A DNA stretch of 64,000 nucleotides from Candidatus Moraniibacteriota bacterium (GTDB lineage Bacteria; Patescibacteriota; Minisyncoccia; Moranbacterales; UBA1568). Of the stretch, positions 1 to 8,549 are shown piece by piece. Both the position numbers and the translations under genes were made by a program. The stretch lies in assembly GCA_028688415.1 (NCBI GenBank), contig JAQTYF010000001.1, forward strand, positions 336,627 through 400,626. The letters are read 5' to 3'. Positions within the stretch are counted from its first letter, which is position 1. The number at the start of each line of letters is the position of its first letter. Below the pieces are notes generated by a model. That model searched no databases. It was not told the DNA's origin and saw only the letters and a list, made by a program, of their open reading frames with translations.

Positions 1-321
1 AATACCGAGGAGAAGTCCGATAAAATTGAGTACGATAAAACCGAGAATACCTCCGAATATCGCTCCGAGACTTCCCCATTTACTCGCACCATATCGCTTC
101 GCACCGTACGCCGAAGCCAGATAATCGATAGCGATCGAGAAAACTGCCACGACACCGAGAACGCTGAGCGTCACCGCTCCGACCGTATCAATACCGAAAT
201 ACAAAGCATAGAGAAGTATGCTCGTAAAAATAAGCCCTACCCCAGGAAGAGCTGGAAGAATGATACCAAAAAGCCCCACTGCAAAAAGTACAATAACAGC
301 AATAATGATTCCTATATCCAT
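1..321 (-). CDS. DUF456-like small integral membrane protein (5' part of the gene; it runs off the left edge of the window)
   Basis: Reverse-strand translation from the ATG at 319-321 gives MDIGIIIAVIVLFAVGLFGIILPALPGVGLIFTSILLYALYFG..., hydrophobic throughout with the ilPalPG-type motif typical of DUF456. It is absent from the ORF track because it is truncated by the window edge. Confidence 0.45.
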   Translation of the reverse strand, partial: MDIGIIIAVIVLFAVGLFGIILPALPGVGLIFTSILLYALYFGIDTVGAVTLSVLGVVAVFSIAIDYLASAYGAKRYGASKWGSLGAIFGGILGFIVLNFIGLLLGI

Positions 322-333
322 ATATCTATTCTA

Positions 334-501
334 TTACTTGAAGAAGAATGGATGAAAAGCAACTCCGAGATAGTACGGCCAGATGATGACAGCAAACACT
401 CCCTGCAAAAATGTCAGGTGCAAAAAACCGATAGTGAATATCCACGCTGCTATCCACATTCCTCCTGAGAACGCATGATTTTCAATTTTGATCTTGTCCA
501 T
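334..501 (-). CDS. small hydrophobic protein (55 aa)
   Basis: Reverse-strand ORF MDKIKIENHAFSGGMWIAAWIFTIGFLHLTFLQGVFAVIIWPYYLGVAFHPFFFK with one or two predicted TM helices. It is packed between its neighbours and has no recognisable homology. Confidence 0.3.
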   Translation of the reverse strand: MDKIKIENHAFSGGMWIAAWIFTIGFLHLTFLQGVFAVIIWPYYLGVAFHPFFFK

Positions 502-545
502 ACTTTTATACTAAATTTTACTGATTAAATATACGTGTTCTATTA

Positions 546-1835
546 CTATGAGAGAATATTTTTTCTTCCATGAGAAAGCTCGGAAAACTTGGACGCCATA
601 GTGGGATTGCCACGTGTCAATTTTTTGATAGTCAGGTCTTCTGCTTTGTTATTGGCGAGACGGAGATTATTCTCTGATGAGAGGAGGGCGTCTTTGGTTT
701 TTTGGAGATGATCGATGGTCTTGTCGATTTCTTCTATCGCTACCTTGAAACGACTCGAGGCGAGCTGATAATTCTTCGCAAAACCTTCCTTGAACGTATT
801 CATATTCTCCTCAAAGTTCGTGATGTCGATGTTCTGATTTCGCACGAGAGCAAGCTCGGCTTTGTACTGGAGAGAATTCATCGATGCATTGCGAAGCAGT
901 GTGATGATAGGGATGAAAAACTGCGGACGCACGACATACATTTTCTCATATTTATGAGAAACATCGACGATACCCGTGTTGTAAAGCTCGTTCTCAGCTT
1001 CGAGGAGGGTCACGAGGACAGCGTACTCACATTTCTTCTCTGTGCGATCTTTATCGAGTTCACGAAAGAAGTCTTCGTTCTTGTGTTTAGTAGCCGTCTC
1101 ATCCCCTTCATTTTTCATTTCGAACATGATAGAGATGATTTCATTCCCCATTTCATCAGCCTCACGATAGATATAGTCTCCCTTGCTTCCTGTTTTTGCA
1201 TCATTGTCTTTCTCAAAATAGGCATGCTGGAAGCCCGTAGCACGGAGCTTGTTGAATTCCGTCTCACAGTGTTGCTCGAGCGTCTCACCGATCATTTTCG
1301 TACTGAGCTTCAGTTTCATATCTTTCAATCGTTCGATGGTCTCGTCTTTCAGTTTCAGGTCACCCTCATATTTTTCTTTGAGTGAGCTCGTGAGAAGTTG
1401 TTTCTCGGTCTCCTTGCTTTTCAATTTTCCTGCGAGTTCATCTCGTTCTTTTTCGATACTGTTGATTGCTTCAGTGACTGCGAGCTTCTTCTCGAGTTCT
1501 GCATTGCTCATTCTCGCTTTCATCTCTGCGAGCTCTGTTTCTTTCTCCGATGCGAGTAGAGCGAGTGCACGATCTTTCTCAGCTTTCACTGCAACGAGCT
1601 CTGCCTCTTTCCGAGCGAGGTCTCCCTGGAGAGCATTTTGGAGAGTAGCCTCAGCGAGTTTGATGGCACTTTCTTTTTCTTTCTCTGCGATACGCGATCG
1701 CTCATTCAATTCTTCCTCGAACTGATGGTCACGAATCTGTTTCAGAATATCGGCAAAGCCAGCCTCATCGACTTTGAACGTTTTCTTACAGTGTGGACAA
1801 ACGATATCATTCATATTTTTTCTCATTTTTATCAA
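546..1835 (-). CDS. DUF2130-like protein: N-terminal CxxC zinc ribbon + long coiled coil + C-terminal globular domain
   Basis: 429-aa ORF starting [43 protein letters not shown]..., followed by a long E/K/A/L-rich coiled coil. The architecture and N-terminus resemble the DUF2130 family. Confidence 0.5.
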   Translation of the reverse strand: MIKMRKNMNDIVCPHCKKTFKVDEAGFADILKQIRDHQFEEELNERSRIAEKEKESAIKLAEATLQNALQGDLARKEAELVAVKAEKDRALALLASEKETELAEMKARMSNAELEKKLAVTEAINSIEKERDELAGKLKSKETEKQLLTSSLKEKYEGDLKLKDETIERLKDMKLKLSTKMIGETLEQHCETEFNKLRATGFQHAYFEKDNDAKTGSKGDYIYREADEMGNEIISIMFEMKNEGDETATKHKNEDFFRELDKDRTEKKCEYAVLVTLLEAENELYNTGIVDVSHKYEKMYVVRPQFFIPIITLLRNASMNSLQYKAELALVRNQNIDITNFEENMNTFKEGFAKNYQLASSRFKVAIEEIDKTIDHLQKTKDALLSSENNLRLANNKAEDLTIKKLTRGNPTMASKFSELSHGRKNILS

Positions 1836-1845
1836 AATTTTCTCT

Positions 1846-1977
1846 CTTCAGATTATATCACAATTCCACGGCCGCCCGCCTAGACTCGCCTCGATTCAAA
1901 TCGAAGTGGGCGTCGAGGCTGGTGAGATTATGAATGAAATCGGTATTATAGGTTTACGAGAAGTGACCTGACTTTTC
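1846..1977. repeat. ~130-bp imperfect palindromic repeat element, copy 1 (a shorter direct-repeat copy lies at 2854-2940)
   Basis: It shares cttcagatt...cacggccg...attatgaatgaa(a/t)t(c/t)ggt.tt...ac.tctgact with the segment at 2854-2940 in the same orientation. Copy 1 carries an extra ~49-nt insert (gcctcgattcaaatcgaagtgggcgtcgaggc hairpin). On the minus strand the element reads TGTGATATAAT, an extended -10 box, about 30 nt upstream of the 546..1835 start. Confidence 0.5.
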
Positions 1978-2062
1978 TTCCTTCCTCTTTACATCTTCTC
2001 TATTGACAAAGGCTCATATTCTGCTATACTGTAATTATTCAGACGAAAAGGGATCCGAACGG

Positions 2063-2593
2063 CTAATTACCTAAGGAGCCCTTTTCTTTTTTTATGGCTA
2101 TTTTCTCACGTACCCCGTCCAAATAATCGAAATATTCCGATCCCAACTTTTTGTACAACGAAGAAGCAAACTGTCGATTCGGAAAGAGTATTTTTCCAAA
2201 TCGATTTTCCTCAATAAGGAAATCCACCAACATCTTGTAATCGCCATCACCGGACACGAGAAACACTCTCTGAAAATTCTCTTTTTTATAGAGTTTTTTC
2301 ATAACAGTAAAAATGATGTCCGAATCAACATTTCCCTTTTTCTTCCCGAGCATTGCTGTATTGTGTTCACGGAAAACCAATACAAATCCAGCAGCCTGAA
2401 TCTCCTCATACAACTCTTGCCGAGCCTCCTGAACACATCCGAGAAAATAGTAAGCCTTCGCCACTCCATACTTCTTCTCAAGATAAATACGAAAACGCAT
2501 CAGATCTATCCGCCACGGGTCTTGATTACGCTTGGCTGTACCCATGTAGAGGTTCTGACCATCTATAAATGCAAGATTTTCTATTTTTTGCAT
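2063..2593 (-). CDS. NYN-domain (LabA/DUF88-like, PIN-fold) protein
   Basis: 176-aa ORF with N-terminal AFIDGQNLY and a downstream VFLVSGDGDY acidic cluster, both typical of NYN/LabA-like predicted RNases. Confidence 0.55.
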   Translation of the reverse strand: MQKIENLAFIDGQNLYMGTAKRNQDPWRIDLMRFRIYLEKKYGVAKAYYFLGCVQEARQELYEEIQAAGFVLVFREHNTAMLGKKKGNVDSDIIFTVMKKLYKKENFQRVFLVSGDGDYKMLVDFLIEENRFGKILFPNRQFASSLYKKLGSEYFDYLDGVREKIAIKKEKGSLGN

Positions 2594-2853
2594 AAAATTA
2601 TTTCTTCGAAAAATATATCGAATTTTTCTTTTTCAGATTATTCATGAACAGTTTGTATTGTGATTGATTTTTATTGAAGTGTTGCATTTTATACGTTTAC
2701 AATACTTACATATAGTATAATACATCACTCTTTCTTTTTTATCAATATACTCACGAGTATACTACGCATCAATAGACCTCGTTACTGCTCATAAAAGCCA
2801 AGATGTTGCTTACATACCCCCTTAATTTTTTTGACTCTTTTCTCTCAAAATCT

Positions 2854-2940
2854 CTTCCCTTCAGATTCATTCATAATCTCACGGCCGTGGAATTATGAAT
2901 GAATTGGTTTTGAAAGGAGTTACATCTGACTAGGGATTTT
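2854..2940. repeat. palindromic repeat element, copy 2 (near-perfect 38-bp hairpin ttcattcataatctcacggccgtggaattatgaatgaa)
   Basis: Direct-repeat partner of 1846-1977. Its centre is a long palindrome with a cacggccgtg core. It sits ~260 nt upstream (in minus-strand sense) of the NYN gene. Confidence 0.5.
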
Positions 2941-3093
2941 CAGATAAGTATTATTCTTCGGGCAATCCAGGCATATGAGAAAATTGGTCTTTGAGAGTTG
3001 CATACGGTGGTGTTATGGGTTTGCAAAAAAAAATGTACCTGACTCCTTTTCTTCTCTAATATTTTTGGCTAACTTTTCATATGTTCATTATAC

Positions 3094-3122
3094 ACACAAA
3101 CAAAAACCAGCCCGAAGGCTGG
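3094..3122 (-). terminator. intrinsic terminator (minus strand) downstream of 3296..4354
   Basis: Minus-strand reading ccagccttcgggctgg (6-bp GC stem, tetraloop) followed by tttttgtttgtgtg. Confidence 0.5.
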
Positions 3123-3295
3123 TGAAATTTATATCAAAAATGTACCTGGCTCCCTTTCTTTTCGGATGCCTCGGACCAATTGCAATGCGCTGTCGATCAA
3201 GAAGACCTCCGCCAGTTATTAGCTTAAAAATTAGGAGAAAGAACATCCAACGAAAAACCAGTATTCTCGATTACCTAAAAAGTATAATAGTATAG

Positions 3296-4354
3296 TTATT
3301 TATTATAATTTTTTTTAACAATATCAATAATTTTTGACGTATCTCTCTCTAATAAATAATAGCCACTCTTCAATAAATCATTATCAATATAATAAGGAAA
3401 TATAAGTCCAAAAGCGTTCCCCGAATAAGGGGCATACCCAAGAGCTTCGTTTAATGAAATTTTTTGTTTTGTTTTATAAAGTAGTCCTCTATTCCATTTA
3501 TTATCGATGTAATACTTTCCCTCTCTATATTTGTAAACCCCTATTGTCCAGTAATGCGGACAAAGATGACATTCGCCATTTACTAACTCAGGATGAGCAA
3601 AAATCAACTCTACACCATTCTCCCTGTCAATATCCAAAAATTCAACCAAATGATCCGTATTAGTAGAATTAAGGATTTTTCCGTTCATTTGTATTTGACC
3701 AGTATTGAAACCTTCCAATTCTCTATATTTTTCATTCTCTGTGACGGATTCAATATAATCATTATTTTTTCTAAATAACTGATCTTTAATATAGGAAATA
3801 ATCGGCACACTTTCCATTGGAACAATATATCCTGAAGAATTATCAAAAACAATTTGTTGTAGCTCTGTCCCGCTCCCACAGACACTGCCCAACAACTTCA
3901 CTATAATTTCTTCATCATGATCATTATCAAGATCAAAAAATTTCTTTTCATATAACCAAAAACCACCTTCTGATTGGGAAAAAATAAATTTTCGCTCCAA
4001 CAAATACTTACTATTAAATAATATTTTTAACGGATTCTCATATTGCTCATAAACAAGCATCATTGGTGGTTTTAACTCGATTTTTTTATCTAAATCACAT
4101 TGTTTTTTATATTGATTATCCTGCGCAAATACAACTAGAGATTGTTCCCCATAATTTCTTAATTCTACTTCAAATAGTTCAACTTCGTAACCATCACTTT
4201 CTAGATCGTGTGTAATATTTTCTGCAAAATTTTTATTAGAAAACAATGAAGGAACATTCCCAGTATTCCTATAGTAAACATACCCCCACATAACGATCAT
4301 AATTAAAACCGCTAACACAGACATCACAAAATTCTCAATTAATCTTCCTATCAT
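3296..4354 (-). CDS. hypothetical protein with an N-terminal TM anchor, 352 aa
   Basis: One hydrophobic helix (VMSVLAVLIMIVMWGYVYY), then a ~320-aa soluble domain with no motif I recognise. A terminator lies downstream. Confidence 0.4.
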   Translation of the reverse strand: MIGRLIENFVMSVLAVLIMIVMWGYVYYRNTGNVPSLFSNKNFAENITHDLESDGYEVELFEVELRNYGEQSLVVFAQDNQYKKQCDLDKKIELKPPMMLVYEQYENPLKILFNSKYLLERKFIFSQSEGGFWLYEKKFFDLDNDHDEEIIVKLLGSVCGSGTELQQIVFDNSSGYIVPMESVPIISYIKDQLFRKNNDYIESVTENEKYRELEGFNTGQIQMNGKILNSTNTDHLVEFLDIDRENGVELIFAHPELVNGECHLCPHYWTIGVYKYREGKYYIDNKWNRGLLYKTKQKISLNEALGYAPYSGNAFGLIFPYYIDNDLLKSGYYLLERDTSKIIDIVKKNYNK

Positions 4355-4486
4355 TTAATGTATGTACTAAACAATAAAACACCTTTCTTTCTCAGATTTA
4401 CTCTGACTTGACATTTAGCTAAAAAAGGTGTAGTCTCAAACATAAGAAGTCGGTATATGTGCGGATAGCCATGGCCGACTTTTTTG

Positions 4487-5224
4487 TTACACAAGTACTT
4501 CAAAAATGCCCAAATCACCACTCATTTTTCTTTCTATAAGCCTTACCATCATTTTTTCAATCTTTGTTGTTTTTCTCAATCCACCTATTTTCATTTCATA
4601 AACTATACTCGCCATTATGGCTAAACTATCAGCTATTTGAATATCGTCATCCAAGTTTAACTTATTCACTAAACTTAATGACGTAATTTTTTCACGATAG
4701 TTTGAACCGGTTATACCTTCTGAGGGTATCCCCACCCCTTGCAACCTTGCATGAGCTTCAATCAGATACTTGTCCTGAGATGGATCTGACTCTACAACAA
4801 TTTTTCCATTATCCGTATCAAGATGGTTCTTAACAAATTCTTCTAACATTTTATTATAAGCCTTCCTTAGTATTGCCACTTCATTCCACCCCAACTTTTT
4901 TGCTTTCATTTTGTCGGTTATAACAAAAGCCAGTGATATTTTTTCAGAATTTAATATAGTTGTAAACTCTGCCCAAAATCGCATTTCTTTTTCTAAATCT
5001 TCACGTAATAGAGCAAATGGGCCCTTTTTCCGAAGCATGTCCCGACAATGAAAAACAAGATCTTCATTACCAAAATATTTATTCTTCAATTTACACATCA
5101 ATAATTTCAGTCTGGGCTTGTAACTTTCTGGAATTATAATGCCAGAAAGAATGAAGTTTTTAGAATGATGGCTTAGACTAGCTTTCCCAGTTTCATCTAA
5201 AGCTAAAATTTTATACCCTTTCAT
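4487..5224 (-). CDS. DUF3800-like protein
   Basis: 245-aa ORF beginning MKGYKILALDETGKAS..., i.e. the (Y/I)xxxDESG N-terminal signature of DUF3800. The family is frequent in defence islands. Confidence 0.4.
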   Translation of the reverse strand: MKGYKILALDETGKASLSHHSKNFILSGIIIPESYKPRLKLLMCKLKNKYFGNEDLVFHCRDMLRKKGPFALLREDLEKEMRFWAEFTTILNSEKISLAFVITDKMKAKKLGWNEVAILRKAYNKMLEEFVKNHLDTDNGKIVVESDPSQDKYLIEAHARLQGVGIPSEGITGSNYREKITSLSLVNKLNLDDDIQIADSLAIMASIVYEMKIGGLRKTTKIEKMMVRLIERKMSGDLGIFEVLV

Positions 5225-5591
5225 AATTTAAAAAATTATTCTATTATCTGAGTAATATTTTTAATGCAGACTCTACATCTTTATGTTTGTATGTATTACA
5301 TAAATGATTTCAGTATAGATTGCTAAAAACCCTCTGTCAACTAATCTTAATTAAAAACACAAGAAACAAAAAAACCATTTTGCGATGAGTTTCAATGTCC
5401 CTTCACGGTTGGTGGGCTTACAGTACTACCGAAAAATTCCCCTCCACAGGTGGGCAAACTTTATCTTGGGGTACTATAATAATCCAGATTCACGTCTAAA
5501 CTTTTATAAAAAATGTACCTGGCCTTTTTTCTATTTTTGACTCAACCTTATTTATGGCAAGAAAAATTAAAAAACAAGAACCATATATGCC

Positions 5592-6602
5592 TTAATCATA
5601 ATGGGAAACAATCTTTTTACCACAACTCAAAAGGTAATCATAAGAAACTATTTGTATATGATTGAGGTTGGAATTCAGCATTCGCAAAGCTTCAAACTGC
5701 TCATTATTAAAATTATTCGTTCTGCCTGCGATAATTTTTATCCGAGGTCGTAAAATTTTCGCCTTATGCTCCTTTTCTAAAACAAGTTTTTGTTCATCCA
5801 TCTTTTGTAAATAAAACAAACACTGGCCAATAACCTTTGAGAGATCTGGCGAAAGATAGTAACTCTTATGACTGGCATCATACTTGAAAATATCATACTC
5901 TAATTTTGGTCTTTTAAGCTCAATCAAATCCAAAAAACCGTCCATTGATTCCATCAACAAATCAGCTTCGCTAAATAATGCTATTTTCCTTGCATCATGC
6001 TTTTGTGTATATTCAACTCCAAATATCCAAAGATTTTTTTCAATCCAATTTTGAAAAATTTTTTCTGGTTGACCAGCGAAATATGCACTCAAATTATCAT
6101 GCTTTTTTATTTCTTCAACTATACTGCCTCCCTCCTCTAATCCTAAAAGTTGCTCTAAGTTATTCAGTTCAATTTGATAAGATTTATGTTTGTGTGCCGC
6201 TGAAAGATTTTTTAATTCAATTTCGGATAATGATTCAAGAATAGTTTTAATCTTTTCATCACCAGAAAATTTATCCAAGATTAATTTTAAAATATCTAGG
6301 TCAATATTCTTTAAGCCATCAAGCATGCCAGCAAGCTCATCGGTTGTTTCAATAAATTTTCCAGAAACAATCTTCGAGTCATCCTTAATTATGGAAATTT
6401 TATTTAAATTCTCATACAATTTTTTAATTTCCTCAAAACAAAGTATCTCAGAAAATTTTGGCTGTCCAGTATTTTTATCATATGCATAAAAAGACATTCT
6501 TAAAGAATCAGTGCTTGTAACACCTTGTTTTATTCCTGAAAAATTTATATTCAGCACAACGTTATCGTTTGAGAATATTTCGTCATGAAATTGAACACTC
6601 AT
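5592..6602 (-). CDS. Shedu (SduA)-like DUF4263 PD-(D/E)xK nuclease (start placed at the MSVQF... Met, just after the upstream stop)
   Basis: C-terminal region contains NWIEKNLWIFGVEY, DLIELKRP (the D..ELK nuclease motif), QCLFYLQKM, IKIIAGR and a terminal HIQIVSYDYLL, matching the DUF4263 core of Shedu. The ORF-track start (6686) overlaps the upstream gene. The internal ATG at 6600-6602 abuts the upstream stop at 6604-6606. Confidence 0.5.
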   Translation of the reverse strand: MSVQFHDEIFSNDNVVLNINFSGIKQGVTSTDSLRMSFYAYDKNTGQPKFSEILCFEEIKKLYENLNKISIIKDDSKIVSGKFIETTDELAGMLDGLKNIDLDILKLILDKFSGDEKIKTILESLSEIELKNLSAAHKHKSYQIELNNLEQLLGLEEGGSIVEEIKKHDNLSAYFAGQPEKIFQNWIEKNLWIFGVEYTQKHDARKIALFSEADLLMESMDGFLDLIELKRPKLEYDIFKYDASHKSYYLSPDLSKVIGQCLFYLQKMDEQKLVLEKEHKAKILRPRIKIIAGRTNNFNNEQFEALRMLNSNLNHIQIVSYDYLLSCGKKIVSHYD

Positions 6603-6603
6603 G

Positions 6604-6942
6604 TTAGATTTTTGCAAGTGGATTTTCATATCGGGCTGATTCGGGCAAATATCCATCTGCTTGTACAAACTGAGGCATATTATCAAGTATTTTCACGCTT
6701 GAGATATCATTAAGATTAAAAAATCTCCAGCTTGGTAATGGCTTCTCTATGGTCGTATCTGACTCACCACCAGTTTGAAATAAATCGACCTTCGTACTTT
6801 GTGCACCTAATTTTGCAGTAAAAACAAAAACCGCATGAGGATCACCTATTCTCTCTCCGCCAATTTGTCCTTGTTTATTGTATTCAAAAGAAACTGAGCA
6901 GCGCCTCTTAATTGCCTCTTTTAATATTTCTAGTGTATTCAT
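6604..6942 (-). CDS. small WYL-like (Sm/SH3-fold) beta-rich protein, 112 aa
   Basis: KPLPSWRFFNLNDISSVKILDNMPQF resembles the WYL signature (W-aromatic-hydrophobic...I..v..l...F). It is paralogous to 6967..7284. Confidence 0.3.
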   Translation of the reverse strand: MNTLEILKEAIKRRCSVSFEYNKQGQIGGERIGDPHAVFVFTAKLGAQSTKVDLFQTGGESDTTIEKPLPSWRFFNLNDISSVKILDNMPQFVQADGYLPESARYENPLAKI

Positions 6943-6966
6943 TATTTTTTTGTAAAGAATTATAAT

Positions 6967-7284
6967 TTATGAATAATGCCCCCAATCCCTTCTATATACC
7001 CAGCTTGTTTTCCACTTTACATAATCCCCTGGCTCAAATGTATCACCTGAAACCTCAATACTCACCATACGAGCTGGATCAATAGACACATTATGAAGCT
7101 CTCCCTCAGGACTTTCCAGGTCCCATACATGATACTTATCGGATTTATCAATGGCATTATCTTTTTGGGATGGCCCGAAATCGAATGGTATACATAGTCT
7201 TATTATCCGACCCTTGGACCGAGAATTCCATGTTATCCTCACCTTCAACTTCCCATCTATTGCCTTCAAGAAATTTTCTTTCAT
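6967..7284 (-). CDS. small WYL-like beta-rich protein, 105 aa (paralog of 6604..6942)
   Basis: Same layout as its neighbour (ITWNSRSKGRIIRLCIPFDFG ... YHVWDLESPEGELHNVSIDPARMVSIEVSGDTFEP), and it is first in the operon. Confidence 0.3.
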   Translation of the reverse strand: MKENFLKAIDGKLKVRITWNSRSKGRIIRLCIPFDFGPSQKDNAIDKSDKYHVWDLESPEGELHNVSIDPARMVSIEVSGDTFEPGDYVKWKTSWVYRRDWGHYS

Positions 7285-7317
7285 ATTGTTTTTATATATT
7301 ATTTATAGCTTAAAAAA

Positions 7318-7350
7318 ACAAAAACCCCGGAAGACTGGGGTGTTGGAATA
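7318..7350 (-). terminator. intrinsic terminator (minus strand) downstream of the endonuclease gene
   Basis: Minus-strand ccccagtcttccgggg hairpin followed by tttttgttttttt. Confidence 0.55.
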
Positions 7351-7475
7351 ATCTTTCGAAAATAGCTCCTTTCTTTCTTCTTTTAATATTTGGAGTGCTT
7401 TTTATTTTTATCAACTCTTTTGTGCTTCTATTATAGCATACTTTCAGGAAAAAATCAATGGTCGTCTATTTTTTC

Positions 7476-8549
7476 TTACTTCACAAATCGTATTTGCAAA
7501 TTATATTTGATTCTTTTCTCGCCATTCTCCGTATAGAAATCACCGAATTTATGTCTCGTCGTACTAGGAGTGTCTAGTTTTGTATTGTCATACAAATAAT
7601 CCTCAAATTTATCTCGATTATAAATATGATAGCAGACAACATCACCATCTTCTTTGACGATAATATAACCGCCATGGGCGCTTGCATAACCGTCCCATTC
7701 CTTCTTCGGTGTCATACCTAAAGCGACATCAGATAAAAATCTCTTCATTTTAAATGCGAAATCTCTCTTGTTCAAATCAAGTTTCTTACAGAAATCTGCA
7801 TCATCAGAAACAGAATCTACCAAATCTGAAATCTTAGAGGCTTTACCCTTATAGTAATGCTTCAAAATTTCAGCGATCATCTGAGGAAAATTCGAATCCA
7901 CTTTTCTGAGATTTGTTCTGAATCCTTCATTATCCATGCTAACAAATTCCAGATGACCACCAGCATCATATACATGCTTGGATTTTTCCCTCACGGCAGA
8001 AATATTATTTTCAGAAGAAGCCTCGCTGAAACTCTCTACTACTTTATAAGTGAAATTCGTAGCACCAGATGCATTAAGGAGTGTCGAGGGTGAACCCAAC
8101 ATGGATTTGATACTGAAACCAAGTTCGGGAAATTCTGGTGATTTTTTATCATGCAAAACAATCGTAAGATCAGCCTTGTGTATATTGGAAGCTTTGATTT
8201 GAATACACCGTAAATCCTTCATCACACCTTCTGCTGATAAAACCTGAAAAGTGGTGCCATTTGAATTCTTCATTTCTTCAAAAATTTCTGCAACCTTCGA
8301 TTTTATCTTATTTATCTCAACAATATTACAAAATTCACTTTTCTCATCCCTGATTACTACGTTTCCATCTTGCTTGGAAATATCATAAGATTTTCGGCTC
8401 TCTGTTTCTTCTCGGATGATCTTTAAGACAATATGAAAATTATCCTTTAAGATCTCAAGGTTTTTATCTGCAGTAAACATCTTTCCATCTGTAAGGATTT
8501 TCAGAAAAGCATAAAACTCACTCCATTCCCCTTTATTTCCTTTTATCAT
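7476..8549 (-). CDS. putative type II restriction endonuclease (cognate of the adjacent C5 methyltransferase)
   Basis: 357-aa ORF that overlaps the 3' end of the MTase gene by 17 nt on the same strand, which is the classical M-then-R arrangement. No nuclease motif was assigned by eye. Confidence 0.4.
   Translation of the reverse strand: MIKGNKGEWSEFYAFLKILTDGKMFTADKNLEILKDNFHIVLKIIREETESRKSYDISKQDGNVVIRDEKSEFCNIVEINKIKSKVAEIFEEMKNSNGTTFQVLSAEGVMKDLRCIQIKASNIHKADLTIVLHDKKSPEFPELGFSIKSMLGSPSTLLNASGATNFTYKVVESFSEASSENNISAVREKSKHVYDAGGHLEFVSMDNEGFRTNLRKVDSNFPQMIAEILKHYYKGKASKISDLVDSVSDDADFCKKLDLNKRDFAFKMKRFLSDVALGMTPKKEWDGYASAHGGYIIVKEDGDVVCYHIYNRDKFEDYLYDNTKLDTPSTTRHKFGDFYTENGEKRIKYNLQIRFVK

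Noticed and set aside
1846-2940. Integron-style gene cassette with attC sites flanking the NYN gene
   Set aside because: No GTTRRRY / RYYYAAC core sites and no intI gene. The palindromes carry promoter-like boxes instead, so a MITE-like or promoter-repeat interpretation is preferred.
2975-3295. 106-aa + strand ORF in the 700-bp spacer upstream of the island genes
   Set aside because: It is composed largely of the repeated AAAAATGTACCTGGC motif copies and a terminator hairpin read in frame. It is Cys/Arg-rich junk with no RBS. It is most likely non-coding.
4449-4490. Hairpin aagtcgg(N21)ccgactt followed by ttttttg as a + strand terminator
   Set aside because: No + strand gene ends upstream of it. 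It more likely serves as a weak minus-strand attenuator or terminator between two same-strand genes, or as an operator (internal CCATGG palindrome). The evidence is too thin to call.
5380-5500. tRNA-like or structured RNA in the 367-bp spacer between the DUF3800-like and Shedu-like genes (gggcttacagtact...ccacaggtgggc)
   Set aside because: No T-loop (GTTCRANYC) or D-loop consensus and no cloverleaf could be drawn. Only short 4-5-bp stems are present. I found no tRNA genes anywhere in the window.
6604-6686. 83-nt overlap between the ORF-track Shedu-like gene start (6686) and the upstream 112-aa gene
   Set aside because: An internal Met (MSVQF..., ATG at 6600-6602) sits immediately after the upstream stop (6604-6606), giving a clean coupled arrangement. 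The longer N-terminal extension is probably not translated.
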